Virus record (IMG/VR): IMGVR_UViG_3300033066_000804
Span: 404-64,403 of that record
Direction: 5' to 3' (one strand)
Origin: a virus
Lineage: Duplodnaviria; Caudoviricetes
DNA: 64,000 nt
The notes below the pieces were generated by a model. It did not search any database, was not told the origin of the DNA, and worked only from the letters and a program-made list of their open reading frames with translations. The number at the start of each line of letters is the position of its first letter. Positions within the stretch are counted from its first letter, which is position 1. Position numbers and translations under genes: made by a program. Of the stretch, positions 9,380-18,635 are shown in pieces.

Positions 9380-9892
9380 ATGACAAAGCGATACTTGGTC
9401 GAGCGGTGGAGCAAATACCGCGTCGAAGCCTTTTTACAGCGAGTGGATAAGCGTGATGAACAGGAATGCTGGAACTGGACGGGATACCAAAGGCGCGGGC
9501 CAAAAAACCCGACGCCTTATGGCATGCTGGGTTGGAAAGGCCGCACCACCAGTTCACACCGCGTCGCGTTTGAACTTGTTCATGGCGAAATACCGGAAGG
9601 CATGATGGTGCTGCATACCTGCGACAACACCCTCTGCTGCAACCCGGCACATTTATACCTGGGAGACCACGTTCAAAACATGCGCGACATGGTGGATAGG
9701 CAACGTCGCAAGGGTGTCGCCGCCGGTTCGTCGAATGGCCGATCAAAACTGTCACAGGAGCAGGCAGCGGAAATCCGCGCGCTCTATGCCGATGGCAGTC
9801 TGTCTCAAGAGAAAATCGCGGCGCGTTACGGCGTCAGCCAGTTCGCCATCAGCGCCATCGTGCGCAACAAACGGTACAAGGAGCAAGCATGA
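9380..9892 (+). CDS. HNH homing endonuclease with C-terminal HTH
   Basis: ECWNWTG, SHRVAF, LHTCDNTLCCNPAHL, NMRDM and LSQEKIAARYGVSQ motifs. Confidence 0.9.
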   Translation: MTKRYLVERWSKYRVEAFLQRVDKRDEQECWNWTGYQRRGPKNPTPYGMLGWKGRTTSSHRVAFELVHGEIPEGMMVLHTCDNTLCCNPAHLYLGDHVQNMRDMVDRQRRKGVAAGSSNGRSKLSQEQAAEIRALYADGSLSQEKIAARYGVSQFAISAIVRNKRYKEQA

Positions 9893-10128
9893 CCTATCCG
9901 GTCCACGAGATCACTTCCGACGAGCAGGGTTATCGCCACGGCACCGACGGAACGATAACCACCACCCTGCTCGAAGCCGACGGGCGCATGTTTAAGCGCC
10001 GGGCTGTCCATGGGGTCGGTGGCGACTCCATGGAGGAGGATTGCTGGCTGGTTATCGAGCTAGATGGCGTCCGTGTGTACCAGCAGGGGATGCACGTCGT
10101 GGTGACTCGGCAGGATTTGAGGCCGTAA
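9889..10128 (+). CDS. Hypothetical protein
   Basis: ATGA-coupled to the HNH gene. Confidence 0.6.
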   Translation: MTYPVHEITSDEQGYRHGTDGTITTTLLEADGRMFKRRAVHGVGGDSMEEDCWLVIELDGVRVYQQGMHVVVTRQDLRP

Positions 10129-10319
10129 TGGACGGATTGCATACCTTGGTTTTTTCCCATGAGACTGACATCGACGCGGTGTTCGCGTGTGCTACTTGTG
10201 CGGTCACCATCGGGTTCAACAAGGCTGGAATCGGCGAACCTGCGGCCATCCAGGCGAATTGCGGTGGATGGCAGCCGCCGCACGACTACATGACTTGGAT
10301 GCTGCCATGCTCCGGATAA
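10128..10319 (+). CDS. Hypothetical protein
   Basis: TAATG-coupled start; CxxC motif. Confidence 0.5.
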   Translation: MDGLHTLVFSHETDIDAVFACATCAVTIGFNKAGIGEPAAIQANCGGWQPPHDYMTWMLPCSG

Positions 10320-11527
10320 GCAGAGGCAAGCCCACCCATTCTGACCAACTAGAAAGATGGCTGGGTGCAGAGCATGTGGCGCGTCTGTCAAAGGATTTTG
10401 AGCATTTCTATTGGCCGGTCCCCATTCATGGCGTGCCGGGTAACGTCTATATCATGCCGGGCGGTGATTTCGCCGGGGAAATTCGTGCGGGTGCGTTCAT
10501 GTCTGCCGCAGATGCGGCGGCGCTGACCGTCAAGAAGATTCTTAAGCGAATCGACGGCAAGGCTCGCAAAAACAAAGCCCTGGGAGTCCTGCACGACCTG
10601 ATTAGAGCTGGTGACCGGCGCATGATGTCCGTGGGCGCGTTTGCCTCCATTGACGCCATTGTGGCGGCATTCACCGGCGGCAAGGGACAAGTGCTGCTCT
10701 TCCAGAAAACTGGCGCGGCGTCGAATGCCGTCGGCAATGCTAATGATCTCTGGACGAGAGCGGGCAACCCTGGCGCGGGCGCTGCCGGGGCGGCGGCTCC
10801 GGGCGGGACAGCCTGGAACTCCACCTCTACCGGGGCGATCAAGTACCTCAACGGCCTGTCTGCCGATTCCAATCACTATCTGAATTGGGCGCTAAGTTCC
10901 TCAGTAATCAACAACTCCTTGTTGCTTTACGATCGCCTATTTTCTGTCGCGCTGAACCCAAACAGCACGGCAACTCAGGCGGTAACGGGCGTCCCGACTC
11001 GTTACCAAAGCGTGACGGCGACCGATGTGGAATACATCGGCGGCAATTTCGTATTTGAGTCCAACCCCACCACGGTTTTAGCCGCAACGGCGCATAGCGT
11101 GACGGCGGCTTCTACTGCCGTATGGACCTACACTAACCAGGCCAACGCAACCGGGAAAAACCTGAACCACAACGGGACCGCCATCCAGACGTTAGCCGGG
11201 GTGTCCGCCTGTGTGGTCGGGGGCGTCAATCTGGCGGTCGGTAACTGGTTTATTCCTCTAGCGGCTGGGGATAGTGGTATCAAGGCCATTACTCAGATGC
11301 AGCATTCCGCCGCCGTAGCCACTGGCACCTTGGACGCTGTGATTGGCCATCCCATTGCCGTCAATGCCTGCCCGATTGCCAACATTGCCTGCCTGGATGA
11401 TGGTCTATATTCCTCACTAAACCTGACAACGATTCTCGATGGCGCTTGTCTATCGTTCCTAGAATTACCTAAGCCTGCGACTACCGCGACCAACTACAGC
11501 GGTTTAATTCGCCTCGTTAGCGAGTAA
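10307..11527 (+). CDS. Virion structural protein (fibre-associated?)
   Basis: About 406 aa, Gly/Ala/Thr-rich, in the structural operon. Confidence 0.55.
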   Translation: MLRISRGKPTHSDQLERWLGAEHVARLSKDFEHFYWPVPIHGVPGNVYIMPGGDFAGEIRAGAFMSAADAAALTVKKILKRIDGKARKNKALGVLHDLIRAGDRRMMSVGAFASIDAIVAAFTGGKGQVLLFQKTGAASNAVGNANDLWTRAGNPGAGAAGAAAPGGTAWNSTSTGAIKYLNGLSADSNHYLNWALSSSVINNSLLLYDRLFSVALNPNSTATQAVTGVPTRYQSVTATDVEYIGGNFVFESNPTTVLAATAHSVTAASTAVWTYTNQANATGKNLNHNGTAIQTLAGVSACVVGGVNLAVGNWFIPLAAGDSGIKAITQMQHSAAVATGTLDAVIGHPIAVNACPIANIACLDDGLYSSLNLTTILDGACLSFLELPKPATTATNYSGLIRLVSE

Positions 11528-11538
11528 GAGAGCGGCGC

Positions 11539-12834
11539 ATGGCCGCTAAGTTCTTAAAAGGCACTTGGCTCCGCGCAAGCACGGCTCTGCTTGCCGTCAA
11601 AGGCGCGTCGTTATCCCCAGCCAGGCTGCCGGTCAAGCCTACGGGCGCGCCGAGAACCGATGCCCTGTCGCTTTCGGCGGCTATTCTCGCAAGCAAAACC
11701 GCAACCTTGTCGGCGGTTGCTGTCGTTCAAGTCAGTCGATCCGATACCGTTGTGGCGGCGGCGGCTGTTGCTCAGATCAAGTCTTCCAGCTTCTCGCTGG
11801 GTGCTGTGATCCGTGCTGCACAGACGGCGACATCGGCCCTGACTGGAGCTATTCGGGCTGATCATTCAGCAACAGCATCCCTAACCGGCGCGATCCAGCA
11901 GGCCAAAACCACCACGGTTTTCCTGATTGGCGCTGTCTTCACGGCCAAGTCTGCCTCGATGTCCGCCGACTCGGCTATTCGAGCAGATCGGGTGCAAACA
12001 CTGGATTTAGCGGCTGCCGTTCGGCAGGCTAAAGAAGCCACTGCCTCAGCCAATGGCGCTGTTCGAGCCGCAAAAACGACGGCACTGTCGCTGGACTCTG
12101 CAATTCGGGTAAGTCGTGCCGACACGACGGGTCTATCGGCGTCGGTGCAGGCGGCCCATTCTGCCCAGGTTGCTGCGGCTTCCGTCGTGCTGGATCGGAG
12201 ATTCACCAGTCTATCGGCTGGCGCCATGGTGAAGGCTGGCGATCAACAGGTATCTGAATTCTCTCTGGGTGCGGCGGTCCAGGCGGCGCGGTCTGCATGG
12301 GTCCAGGGTGGTGTGGCTGTCCAGGCGTCCAGTACCGTCCAGGCGTCTATTGGCGCAACAGTTCAGGTGGCCTATACCGCATTGGCTTCTGCGGATGTGG
12401 TGGTCTCCGCGCCCTGTGCCTTGTCTGTTCTGGTGACTGGCGCGGTGCAGCACACCCAGGCCCCCATCCTGGTAACGGACGGCGCCGTCCTGCATTCTCG
12501 TGACTCGTTCGCCTCCCTGGACGCCGGTATCCAACTGCCTCTGGCCGGCCAGGTATCGGTGGACGCCATTCTGGCGCGGAGAGGATCGACCCGCCTGGCG
12601 GCCAACGCGGTCGTTCACAATCCGCTGCCAACCTACCAAGTCCACTTATCAGCGGCTCTGACCGTGGCGGTTGGCCTGTCCAGTCGTGCAAGCCAGGCAG
12701 TTAACGCTTCGTCGGACCTGTCGGGGGTCGTGATGCTATCAAGTGGCATGACCCCGGCGCTTTCGCTGTCTAGCTCGCTTCCGGCCTTGGTTACCGCCGA
12801 CGCGCCCATCCGACTCAACAGGACGACTCCATGA
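11539..12834 (+). CDS. Repetitive fibre-like protein with a 14-aa period
   Basis: At least 13 consecutive 14-aa units, e.g. SLGAVIRAAQTATS / ALTGAIRADHSATA / SLTGAIQQAKTTTV. Confidence 0.6.
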   Translation: MAAKFLKGTWLRASTALLAVKGASLSPARLPVKPTGAPRTDALSLSAAILASKTATLSAVAVVQVSRSDTVVAAAAVAQIKSSSFSLGAVIRAAQTATSALTGAIRADHSATASLTGAIQQAKTTTVFLIGAVFTAKSASMSADSAIRADRVQTLDLAAAVRQAKEATASANGAVRAAKTTALSLDSAIRVSRADTTGLSASVQAAHSAQVAAASVVLDRRFTSLSAGAMVKAGDQQVSEFSLGAAVQAARSAWVQGGVAVQASSTVQASIGATVQVAYTALASADVVVSAPCALSVLVTGAVQHTQAPILVTDGAVLHSRDSFASLDAGIQLPLAGQVSVDAILARRGSTRLAANAVVHNPLPTYQVHLSAALTVAVGLSSRASQAVNASSDLSGVVMLSSGMTPALSLSSSLPALVTADAPIRLNRTTP

Positions 12835-13883
12835 ACACCATTCCCCAGGGGACCATCGGTACCGTCATCGCCCTCGACTGTGGGATTGACGTAACCGATG
12901 CGACCCTTTTCGCTATTCGAGTTTTCAAGCCTGGGGCGGCGGTGTCCGTTGACTGGCCAGCGACCATCCTCGGCACGACCCAGGTTGCCCACACCGTTGT
13001 GGCGGGCGATCTCGATGTAGTTGGCACCTATGTGGTGCAGGCGTATGTCGAGATGCCCGGCTGGTCCGGGACCGGAGAAACGGCGGTTATCACGGTCACT
13101 GCGTCGATCTCGGCACCCCCCTCGTCCGGACTATTCCCCGACCTGTCCGGGGCTGTGGCTGACTTGCAGTCAGGCAGGTTGTCCATGCTTCCAGGTAATC
13201 TGGCCGCCTTGCCCGCGCCTGAAATCATGGCCGCCTTGCGAGCGGCTGAGGCCGACGCGGAGCACCTGTTGCGGGTGTTTTTTGGCCCCGTCCAAGTGTT
13301 GCCTGACCTGGCCACCCAGGCGGAAAAGGATGCCCTGGATGAAGCGGGGACCCGCTGGATTGAGGAGCCCGGCTATGACCTGGAGCCTGATTTTTTCCAG
13401 GGGAACCGCTGGGGCTATGTGGTCCTGAACCATTGCCCGGTCATTTCGGTGCAGTCCCTCAAGTTCGTCTATCCCGCGCCGGCCACGACCATCTGGGATG
13501 TCCCGGCGGACTGGATTCGGCTGGATAAGCGGTTCGGCCACCTACGGCTGGTGCCGTCCGGGTCCCTGGTCACCGCGCCCCTATCCGTGTTTGCAGTGCA
13601 ACTCCTGGGCGGCGGGCGGGTAGTGCCCCAGGCAGTACAAGCGCGGTACACGTCCGGCCTGTCCCATGCGGCCCGCGATTACCCGGATCTGCTGGATCTG
13701 GTGCGCCGGATGGCGATGCTCAAGCTGATGCAGGGGGCATTCCTGCCCACCTCGGGCTCCCTAAGCGTGGACGGCTTGAGCGAGTCCCAGTCGTTCGACC
13801 TCTCCAAGTATCAAGACGACGTGGACGCCCGAATCGAGCGCCTGCGGCAATCCATTCACGGCATTAGGGCGACCTTCTTATGA
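12831..13883 (+). CDS. Head-tail adaptor/neck protein with an extra N-terminal Ig-like domain
   Basis: C-terminal EPGYD...NHCPVISVQSL...WIRLDKRFGHLRLVP, neck-like; N-terminal about 90 aa beta domain (DLDVVGTYVVQAYV). Confidence 0.55.
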   Translation: MNTIPQGTIGTVIALDCGIDVTDATLFAIRVFKPGAAVSVDWPATILGTTQVAHTVVAGDLDVVGTYVVQAYVEMPGWSGTGETAVITVTASISAPPSSGLFPDLSGAVADLQSGRLSMLPGNLAALPAPEIMAALRAAEADAEHLLRVFFGPVQVLPDLATQAEKDALDEAGTRWIEEPGYDLEPDFFQGNRWGYVVLNHCPVISVQSLKFVYPAPATTIWDVPADWIRLDKRFGHLRLVPSGSLVTAPLSVFAVQLLGGGRVVPQAVQARYTSGLSHAARDYPDLLDLVRRMAMLKLMQGAFLPTSGSLSVDGLSESQSFDLSKYQDDVDARIERLRQSIHGIRATFL

Positions 13884-14611
13884 GCAGCAACGATTTTCCT
13901 TGGGCCGAAATATTCCCGGACGCATCGGCTGATGACATCGCGGCCCTGGGGCCGGCCCTGATTCAGACGATGCGAAAGTACGGGATCAACACGCCCCTGC
14001 GGAAAGCCCATTTTCTGGCCCAGGTGGGCCATGAGTCTGGCCAATTGCGCTACCGCGAGGAACTGGCCAGCGGGGACGCCTACGACACGCGGACGGACCT
14101 TGGCAACACCCCGGCGCGGGATGGGGACGGGCGCAAGTACAAGGGGCGGGGCCTGATCCAGTTGACCGGCAAGGCCAACTATATCGCCTATGACAAGCAC
14201 CTGGGGCTGGGCGGGATTCTGGTCAGTTCTCCGGGTCGCGTGGCGACGGATCCGGGTCTGTGCTGCGACGTGGCCGGCTGGTTCTGGTCTAGCCGGGGCC
14301 TAAATCTGTACGCAGACCAGGACCAGTTGGCAGCCATTACCCGGCGCGTCAACGGCGGATTAAACGGGCTAGCAGACAGGGACCGCTTGCTGAAGGCGGC
14401 CAAGCGGGCACTGGTCCCATCGCGCGCATTGCTGCTCCGGGTGCAGGAGTTCCTGAATCAATGGGGCTATCAACCGCCCCTGTTGGCGGACGGCGTGTTC
14501 GGCGCCAAGACTAAGGCGGCCCTGGCCAGCTATTACGCGGGCGGGTGGGAACTGCCCGAGGAGGTGACCTCGGGCTTTATGGCGGGGGTGCTGCGGGGCA
14601 TGGCGGGGTGA
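13880..14611 (+). CDS. Endolysin, glycoside hydrolase family 19, with C-terminal peptidoglycan-binding-like segment
   Basis: AHFLAQVGHESG, YKGRGLIQLTG, ITRRVNGGLNG and DGVFGAKT motifs. Confidence 0.92.
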   Translation: MSSNDFPWAEIFPDASADDIAALGPALIQTMRKYGINTPLRKAHFLAQVGHESGQLRYREELASGDAYDTRTDLGNTPARDGDGRKYKGRGLIQLTGKANYIAYDKHLGLGGILVSSPGRVATDPGLCCDVAGWFWSSRGLNLYADQDQLAAITRRVNGGLNGLADRDRLLKAAKRALVPSRALLLRVQEFLNQWGYQPPLLADGVFGAKTKAALASYYAGGWELPEEVTSGFMAGVLRGMAG

Positions 14612-14682
14612 GCGACATGCCGCCCCGGCTGGTGCTGTACCGTCGCTGCATTGTCCTGGTCTCATTTCACCGAGAACGATGA
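14608..14682 (+). pseudogene. 24-codon mini-ORF resembling the C-terminal stub of an MqsR-type toxin
   Basis: Reads (V)SDMPPRLVLYRRCIVLVSFHRER*; start overlaps the endolysin stop and stop overlaps the mqsA ATG. IVLVSFH resembles the MqsR end LIVSFKEK (recalled). Confidence 0.45.
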
Positions 14683-15221
14683 TGAGCAAGAACCCAGTTA
14701 TCTGCCCGATGTGTGAGGCTGGCACCCTGACGCCGATCACCTACAGCGACCAGTTCCTGCACAAGGGGGGCGAGCTGGCGGTCGATGGCTTGGAAGGCTA
14801 CGAGTGCCCGAACTGCGGTGCGGATCCGATCTTGAAGGACCAGATCCGGCGCAATCACCTGCGGATCATGGACGCCAGACGCCGGGCGGATGGCCTGCTC
14901 ACAGGCAGCGAAATTCGGACCATACGGCATAGCCTAAAGCTTTCGCAACAGGAGGCATCGGATTTGTTCGGCGGCGGCGTCAATGCCTTTTCCAAGTACG
15001 AGCGGGGCGACGTGGTCCAGAGCGTGGCCATGGATCGGCTATTGCGGCTGGTGGCGCAACATCCCGAATTGATGCCGGAATTGGCTGGGTCGGAAATTCG
15101 GCCAATGGCATTTGCCGAGGCCATCGCTGAAGCTCCCGCGGCATCGCTGCAGGCGATGGATTGGATTTCCCCTGTCGGCAAGGAAGACTTGTGTGACTCA
15201 GGTCGTGACCCGATCCTATAG
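14679..15221 (+). CDS. mqsA: MqsA-family antitoxin (zinc finger plus XRE HTH)
   Basis: CPMC...CPNC zinc ribbon; LTGSEIRTIRHSLKLSQQEASDLFGGGVNAFSKYERG. Confidence 0.9.
   Translation: MMSKNPVICPMCEAGTLTPITYSDQFLHKGGELAVDGLEGYECPNCGADPILKDQIRRNHLRIMDARRRADGLLTGSEIRTIRHSLKLSQQEASDLFGGGVNAFSKYERGDVVQSVAMDRLLRLVAQHPELMPELAGSEIRPMAFAEAIAEAPAASLQAMDWISPVGKEDLCDSGRDPIL
15202..15217 (+). promoter_or_regulatory. Candidate late promoter in the 3' end of mqsA
   Basis: GTCGTGA-ccc-GATCCT upstream of ATG 15248. Confidence 0.35.
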
Positions 15222-15247
15222 GGACTTGCCCACCATAGGCGGATCCC

Positions 15248-15868
15248 ATGCGCTTGGTCCCCGAACACTTCAATGCCCTGATTAACCGGGTCGGACAGCG
15301 GGTGTCCTGGCGACCCTCGCGGTCCTGTGCCTGCCGGGATCCTTACAGCGGATCGCCGAATCCCTCGTGCGCGGTGTGCGGCGGTCTGGGCCGGGTCTGG
15401 GATGCGGGCGTGGCCAGCGTGGCGGCCCCGTCCGGTGTCAAGGTCCAGCGGCAGTGGGCGGATTTCGGGATGTGGATGGCGGGCGATGTGGTGGTCACCC
15501 TGCCAGGGGATCAGCCGGCCTATGCCATGGCAGAGGGGGACCGGCTTGCCCTGATGGACTCCACCGAGCCGTTTTCCCAGGTCATTCCGGTGGGCGGGCG
15601 CATGACCGGCCTGGTCGCCTCCCTGGCCCGCTGCACTTACCTGCTGGCGGGCGCCGAGGCTGATGCCGTGCTGCCCACCCTCGATGCGAGTGGCGCCCTA
15701 ACTTGGCCGGGCGGCAATGGCCCCGGCGCGGTCCAGGTGGTCCTGACCGGCCGCCGGCACCCGGAATATTTCGCCTTCTCCGACTTTCCTCAGGATCGAG
15801 CCCATCAACTCGGCGACCCGCTGCCACGGCGCGTGGTGCTGCGGCGGTTTGATTTGTGGGGCCGATAA
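15248..15868 (+). CDS. Head completion/neck protein
   Basis: SCACRD...SCAVCGGLG motif; position among neck genes. Confidence 0.55.
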   Translation: MRLVPEHFNALINRVGQRVSWRPSRSCACRDPYSGSPNPSCAVCGGLGRVWDAGVASVAAPSGVKVQRQWADFGMWMAGDVVVTLPGDQPAYAMAEGDRLALMDSTEPFSQVIPVGGRMTGLVASLARCTYLLAGAEADAVLPTLDASGALTWPGGNGPGAVQVVLTGRRHPEYFAFSDFPQDRAHQLGDPLPRRVVLRRFDLWGR

Positions 15869-15893
15869 CCAAGCAACCTATAAGGCAATTCGC

Positions 15894-17744
15894 ATGTTCA
15901 ACAACCCGATGGTTCTGTTTTTTCCTTCTGACTTATTGAAGTCTTACATCCATGGTCACTACCGGCTAAACACCAAAACCGGCAAGCGGGTCTGGATAGA
16001 GTCCTACCAGGATAAGCGACCCGAGCGAAACAGAGCCGAATTCGCAAATTGGCAACATCGGATCGAGCATGTCAAAACCCATCTGGCTTATGGCCAGCAC
16101 CGCGAGGCGGTTCACGCCTTCCACGACTTGAATCATGCGGACTCTAAGAAGCTCGCTGATGATCTTGGTCTGACCCAGCACGACGAGCACCACGACGACA
16201 AAAAGAAGCTCATGGAAGCGGTCCATGCCAGGCTGGCCGCTAAGCAAAAAGAACTGTCCGACAAGGTGGTCGAACAACGGCGGGCGGATTTGGCCAAGCG
16301 GCGAGCGGCTGCCGAGGAGAAAGCGAAGGAAAAAGCTCGGCCAGCGAAGGCGGATCCTGAGCCCGCCAAGGAAAACCCCAAGCCCGAGCCGCAGAAAAAC
16401 GCATGGGGCATGATCGCGCCCCCTAGTGACGTGCAGGAGTATGAGGCGGCAGTAAGGTATAAGGAAATTCTTAATGAGCGAGTCGCGGCGGCCAAGTTTT
16501 CAGCCTCTGACGTGATAACGCAGGGCGTTCCGTTTAAGGCGTCCCCGAGTTACAAGGGCTATGTCGTCATTCGGGATGTGAAAAAGGCCAGTAATGATTC
16601 GGACTCGCCTCCCGTCCCCGCCGCTACATGGCGGGTGTTTCATCCTGGTACTGGCCTGGATCTGGTGTCCGGGATCAAGACCCTAAAAGACGCCAAGCTT
16701 GTGGCGGTCAGAATGGGTGACGTGCTGGACGGATCCGGGCTTACTACAACGGCAGAATTCCTGGCGAACCAAAAGGAATTCGCCAGGATGCGGGAGATCC
16801 GCAAAGGGATGACTAAAAAGTGGCATGAGGTCGATGTCTATGGCGCCCCAGAAGTCGATACCAACTACGACACTGCGGGTAAATCTCAGTCAGACCTGCC
16901 TGATGGGGTCATGAAGCAATTGAAAACCATGGAATATTTCGGACCCAAGAACCATGCGACAGGACGGCGGGCGCATGGCAATGACGGCGATTACCGTGGC
17001 GCCGTTCGGGCCATATTGGAAGGCAAGTCCCCAATCAAGATTCCAACACCCGATGCAAAGAATAAGTTTGATGTAGAAGGCATTTCTGGCGTTGTCGCTA
17101 AGCCTATTCCAGTCAAGAAGCCCCTTGCCAAAACTTCTGCCCAAAAAATGACGGCGATCATGGCGTCCGCTGGGGACGGGGACATCCGATACATTCTTAA
17201 TGGGGTTCATATCGACGCCAGCAAAGGCCGATTACAGGCGACAGATGGGCACCGAATGTCTATGTACAGCGATCGGTCCGTAACTGCTGAATTGTCCAAG
17301 ACGTTTGAAGGGCAGGACGGTGGCCACTCATCGGAGTTGGTGATAGACCACAAGGGCCAGCGCATTATGGAGGTGGGCAGCTATCCAGATATTGACCAAA
17401 TACTCAATCGTGCCGGGCCAGCCATTGACACAGTGCAGGCAGTCAATGCGGCGGATCTTTTGGCGTCGGCTAATGGCACGGCGGCAGTTGGCAAGTACAT
17501 TTCCAAGCAGGGAATTTCCGCCGTACCGGTTAAGCTTGGCGAGAAAATCGCGGGTTTCAATGCTCGCTACCTGGCTGACATGGCCGGTCAGTTCGCGGCC
17601 ATGGGGTATCCGACCTTTAAGGCCAGTCTCCACGATGGCGGGAACTTTCTGATAGCCACATCGCCGGATGGGAAGTTGACTCATGTAATTATGGCCATGA
17701 GTGGCAATCCTGCTGATAGCGTGTTCGCGCCTATCCAACTATGA
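15894..17744 (+). CDS. Probable virion-internal protein with C-terminal sliding-clamp-like domain
   Basis: N-terminal LLKSYIHGHYRLNTKTGKRVWIESYQDKR, shared with the ORF at 63507; C-terminal RYILNGVHID...ATDGHRM...FNARYL, beta-clamp-like. Confidence 0.6.
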   Translation: MFNNPMVLFFPSDLLKSYIHGHYRLNTKTGKRVWIESYQDKRPERNRAEFANWQHRIEHVKTHLAYGQHREAVHAFHDLNHADSKKLADDLGLTQHDEHHDDKKKLMEAVHARLAAKQKELSDKVVEQRRADLAKRRAAAEEKAKEKARPAKADPEPAKENPKPEPQKNAWGMIAPPSDVQEYEAAVRYKEILNERVAAAKFSASDVITQGVPFKASPSYKGYVVIRDVKKASNDSDSPPVPAATWRVFHPGTGLDLVSGIKTLKDAKLVAVRMGDVLDGSGLTTTAEFLANQKEFARMREIRKGMTKKWHEVDVYGAPEVDTNYDTAGKSQSDLPDGVMKQLKTMEYFGPKNHATGRRAHGNDGDYRGAVRAILEGKSPIKIPTPDAKNKFDVEGISGVVAKPIPVKKPLAKTSAQKMTAIMASAGDGDIRYILNGVHIDASKGRLQATDGHRMSMYSDRSVTAELSKTFEGQDGGHSSELVIDHKGQRIMEVGSYPDIDQILNRAGPAIDTVQAVNAADLLASANGTAAVGKYISKQGISAVPVKLGEKIAGFNARYLADMAGQFAAMGYPTFKASLHDGGNFLIATSPDGKLTHVIMAMSGNPADSVFAPIQL

Positions 17745-17802
17745 GCCATTACTTCCCGCTTTCGCTGGATGTAGGCGGGAAGTAATCCCCAGGTCTGTTT
17801 TC

Positions 17803-17818
17803 GTCGTGACGCCACGAT
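17803..17818 (+). promoter_or_regulatory. Candidate late promoter (leaderless)
   Basis: GTCGTGA-cgc-CACGAT, 7 nt to ATG 17826. Confidence 0.65.
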
Positions 17819-17825
17819 TGGCGTC

Positions 17826-18635
17826 ATGGCCACCTACACCATTGATCTTCCCGGTATCCCATCCGGCTCTACTGGCGAGTTCCCGCACACTGCGGACGCC
17901 CTAGAGCAGATCGCGCACCGTGCTCACTCGCTTTGGCTGTCTTATGCTCAGGGCGCCCCGCTTCCGAATGGCCAGCAAATCCAGGCACGTTCTGGCGGCT
18001 ATGCGGCGTCGATCAAAGTGCAGCCAGTTGGACCGTTGGCATGGGAAGTGTATTCAGACGCGCCCTATGCTTCGGCGATAGAGGAGGGATCCAAAGCCTT
18101 TGACATGAAGGCGGCCTTGGGCTCTGCCGCCAAGGCGCGAATTGCAAAGCACGGCCCACACAAGGGCCAGCGCTATCTGATCATTCCGTTCCGCCATGGT
18201 GCGCCGGGCGCGAACTATGGCGCGATGCCCGCGGCTATTCATGCTCAGGCAATCGGCCTGGCGCCGTCGCACGTTACGGGATCGTTTTCGGAGCCATCGG
18301 TCAATCATCCTGGTCAGTCGGTCCAGCGGCTCAGCTATACCTGGGGTGACCGCCTGGCGTCCGGGCTGGCGCCCAAGCTCAAGTCCCATCATAAAACAGA
18401 CCCCTACTCGGGCATGGTCAAGATGGCCAACCCCGGAGGCGGTCACTCCCAGTACCTGACGTTCCGTGTAATGGGCGAATGGTCTTCTGGCTGGCTCCGG
18501 CCTGCCCAGGCTGGCAAGTACCCGGCCCGGTCGGTCAAGGAGGTTATCGAGCCCGTCGCGCAACGCCTCCTGCAAGCCGCCATCGACATGGACTTGGCTC
18601 GCCAGGTGGCACGTCTTGAGGCGGCCTTTCGATGA
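17826..18635 (+). CDS. Tail completion/neck protein
   Basis: RYLIIPFRH and YLTFRVM motifs; position before the tail terminator. Confidence 0.5.
   Translation: MATYTIDLPGIPSGSTGEFPHTADALEQIAHRAHSLWLSYAQGAPLPNGQQIQARSGGYAASIKVQPVGPLAWEVYSDAPYASAIEEGSKAFDMKAALGSAAKARIAKHGPHKGQRYLIIPFRHGAPGANYGAMPAAIHAQAIGLAPSHVTGSFSEPSVNHPGQSVQRLSYTWGDRLASGLAPKLKSHHKTDPYSGMVKMANPGGGHSQYLTFRVMGEWSSGWLRPAQAGKYPARSVKEVIEPVAQRLLQAAIDMDLARQVARLEAAFR

Noticed and set aside
10021-10047. Possible self-target of tract U3 (reverse pattern TC.AT.GA.GA.GA...)
   Set aside because: Only a partial match, with one GA missing and no TT.TT; chance level. A full self-target search could not be done by eye.
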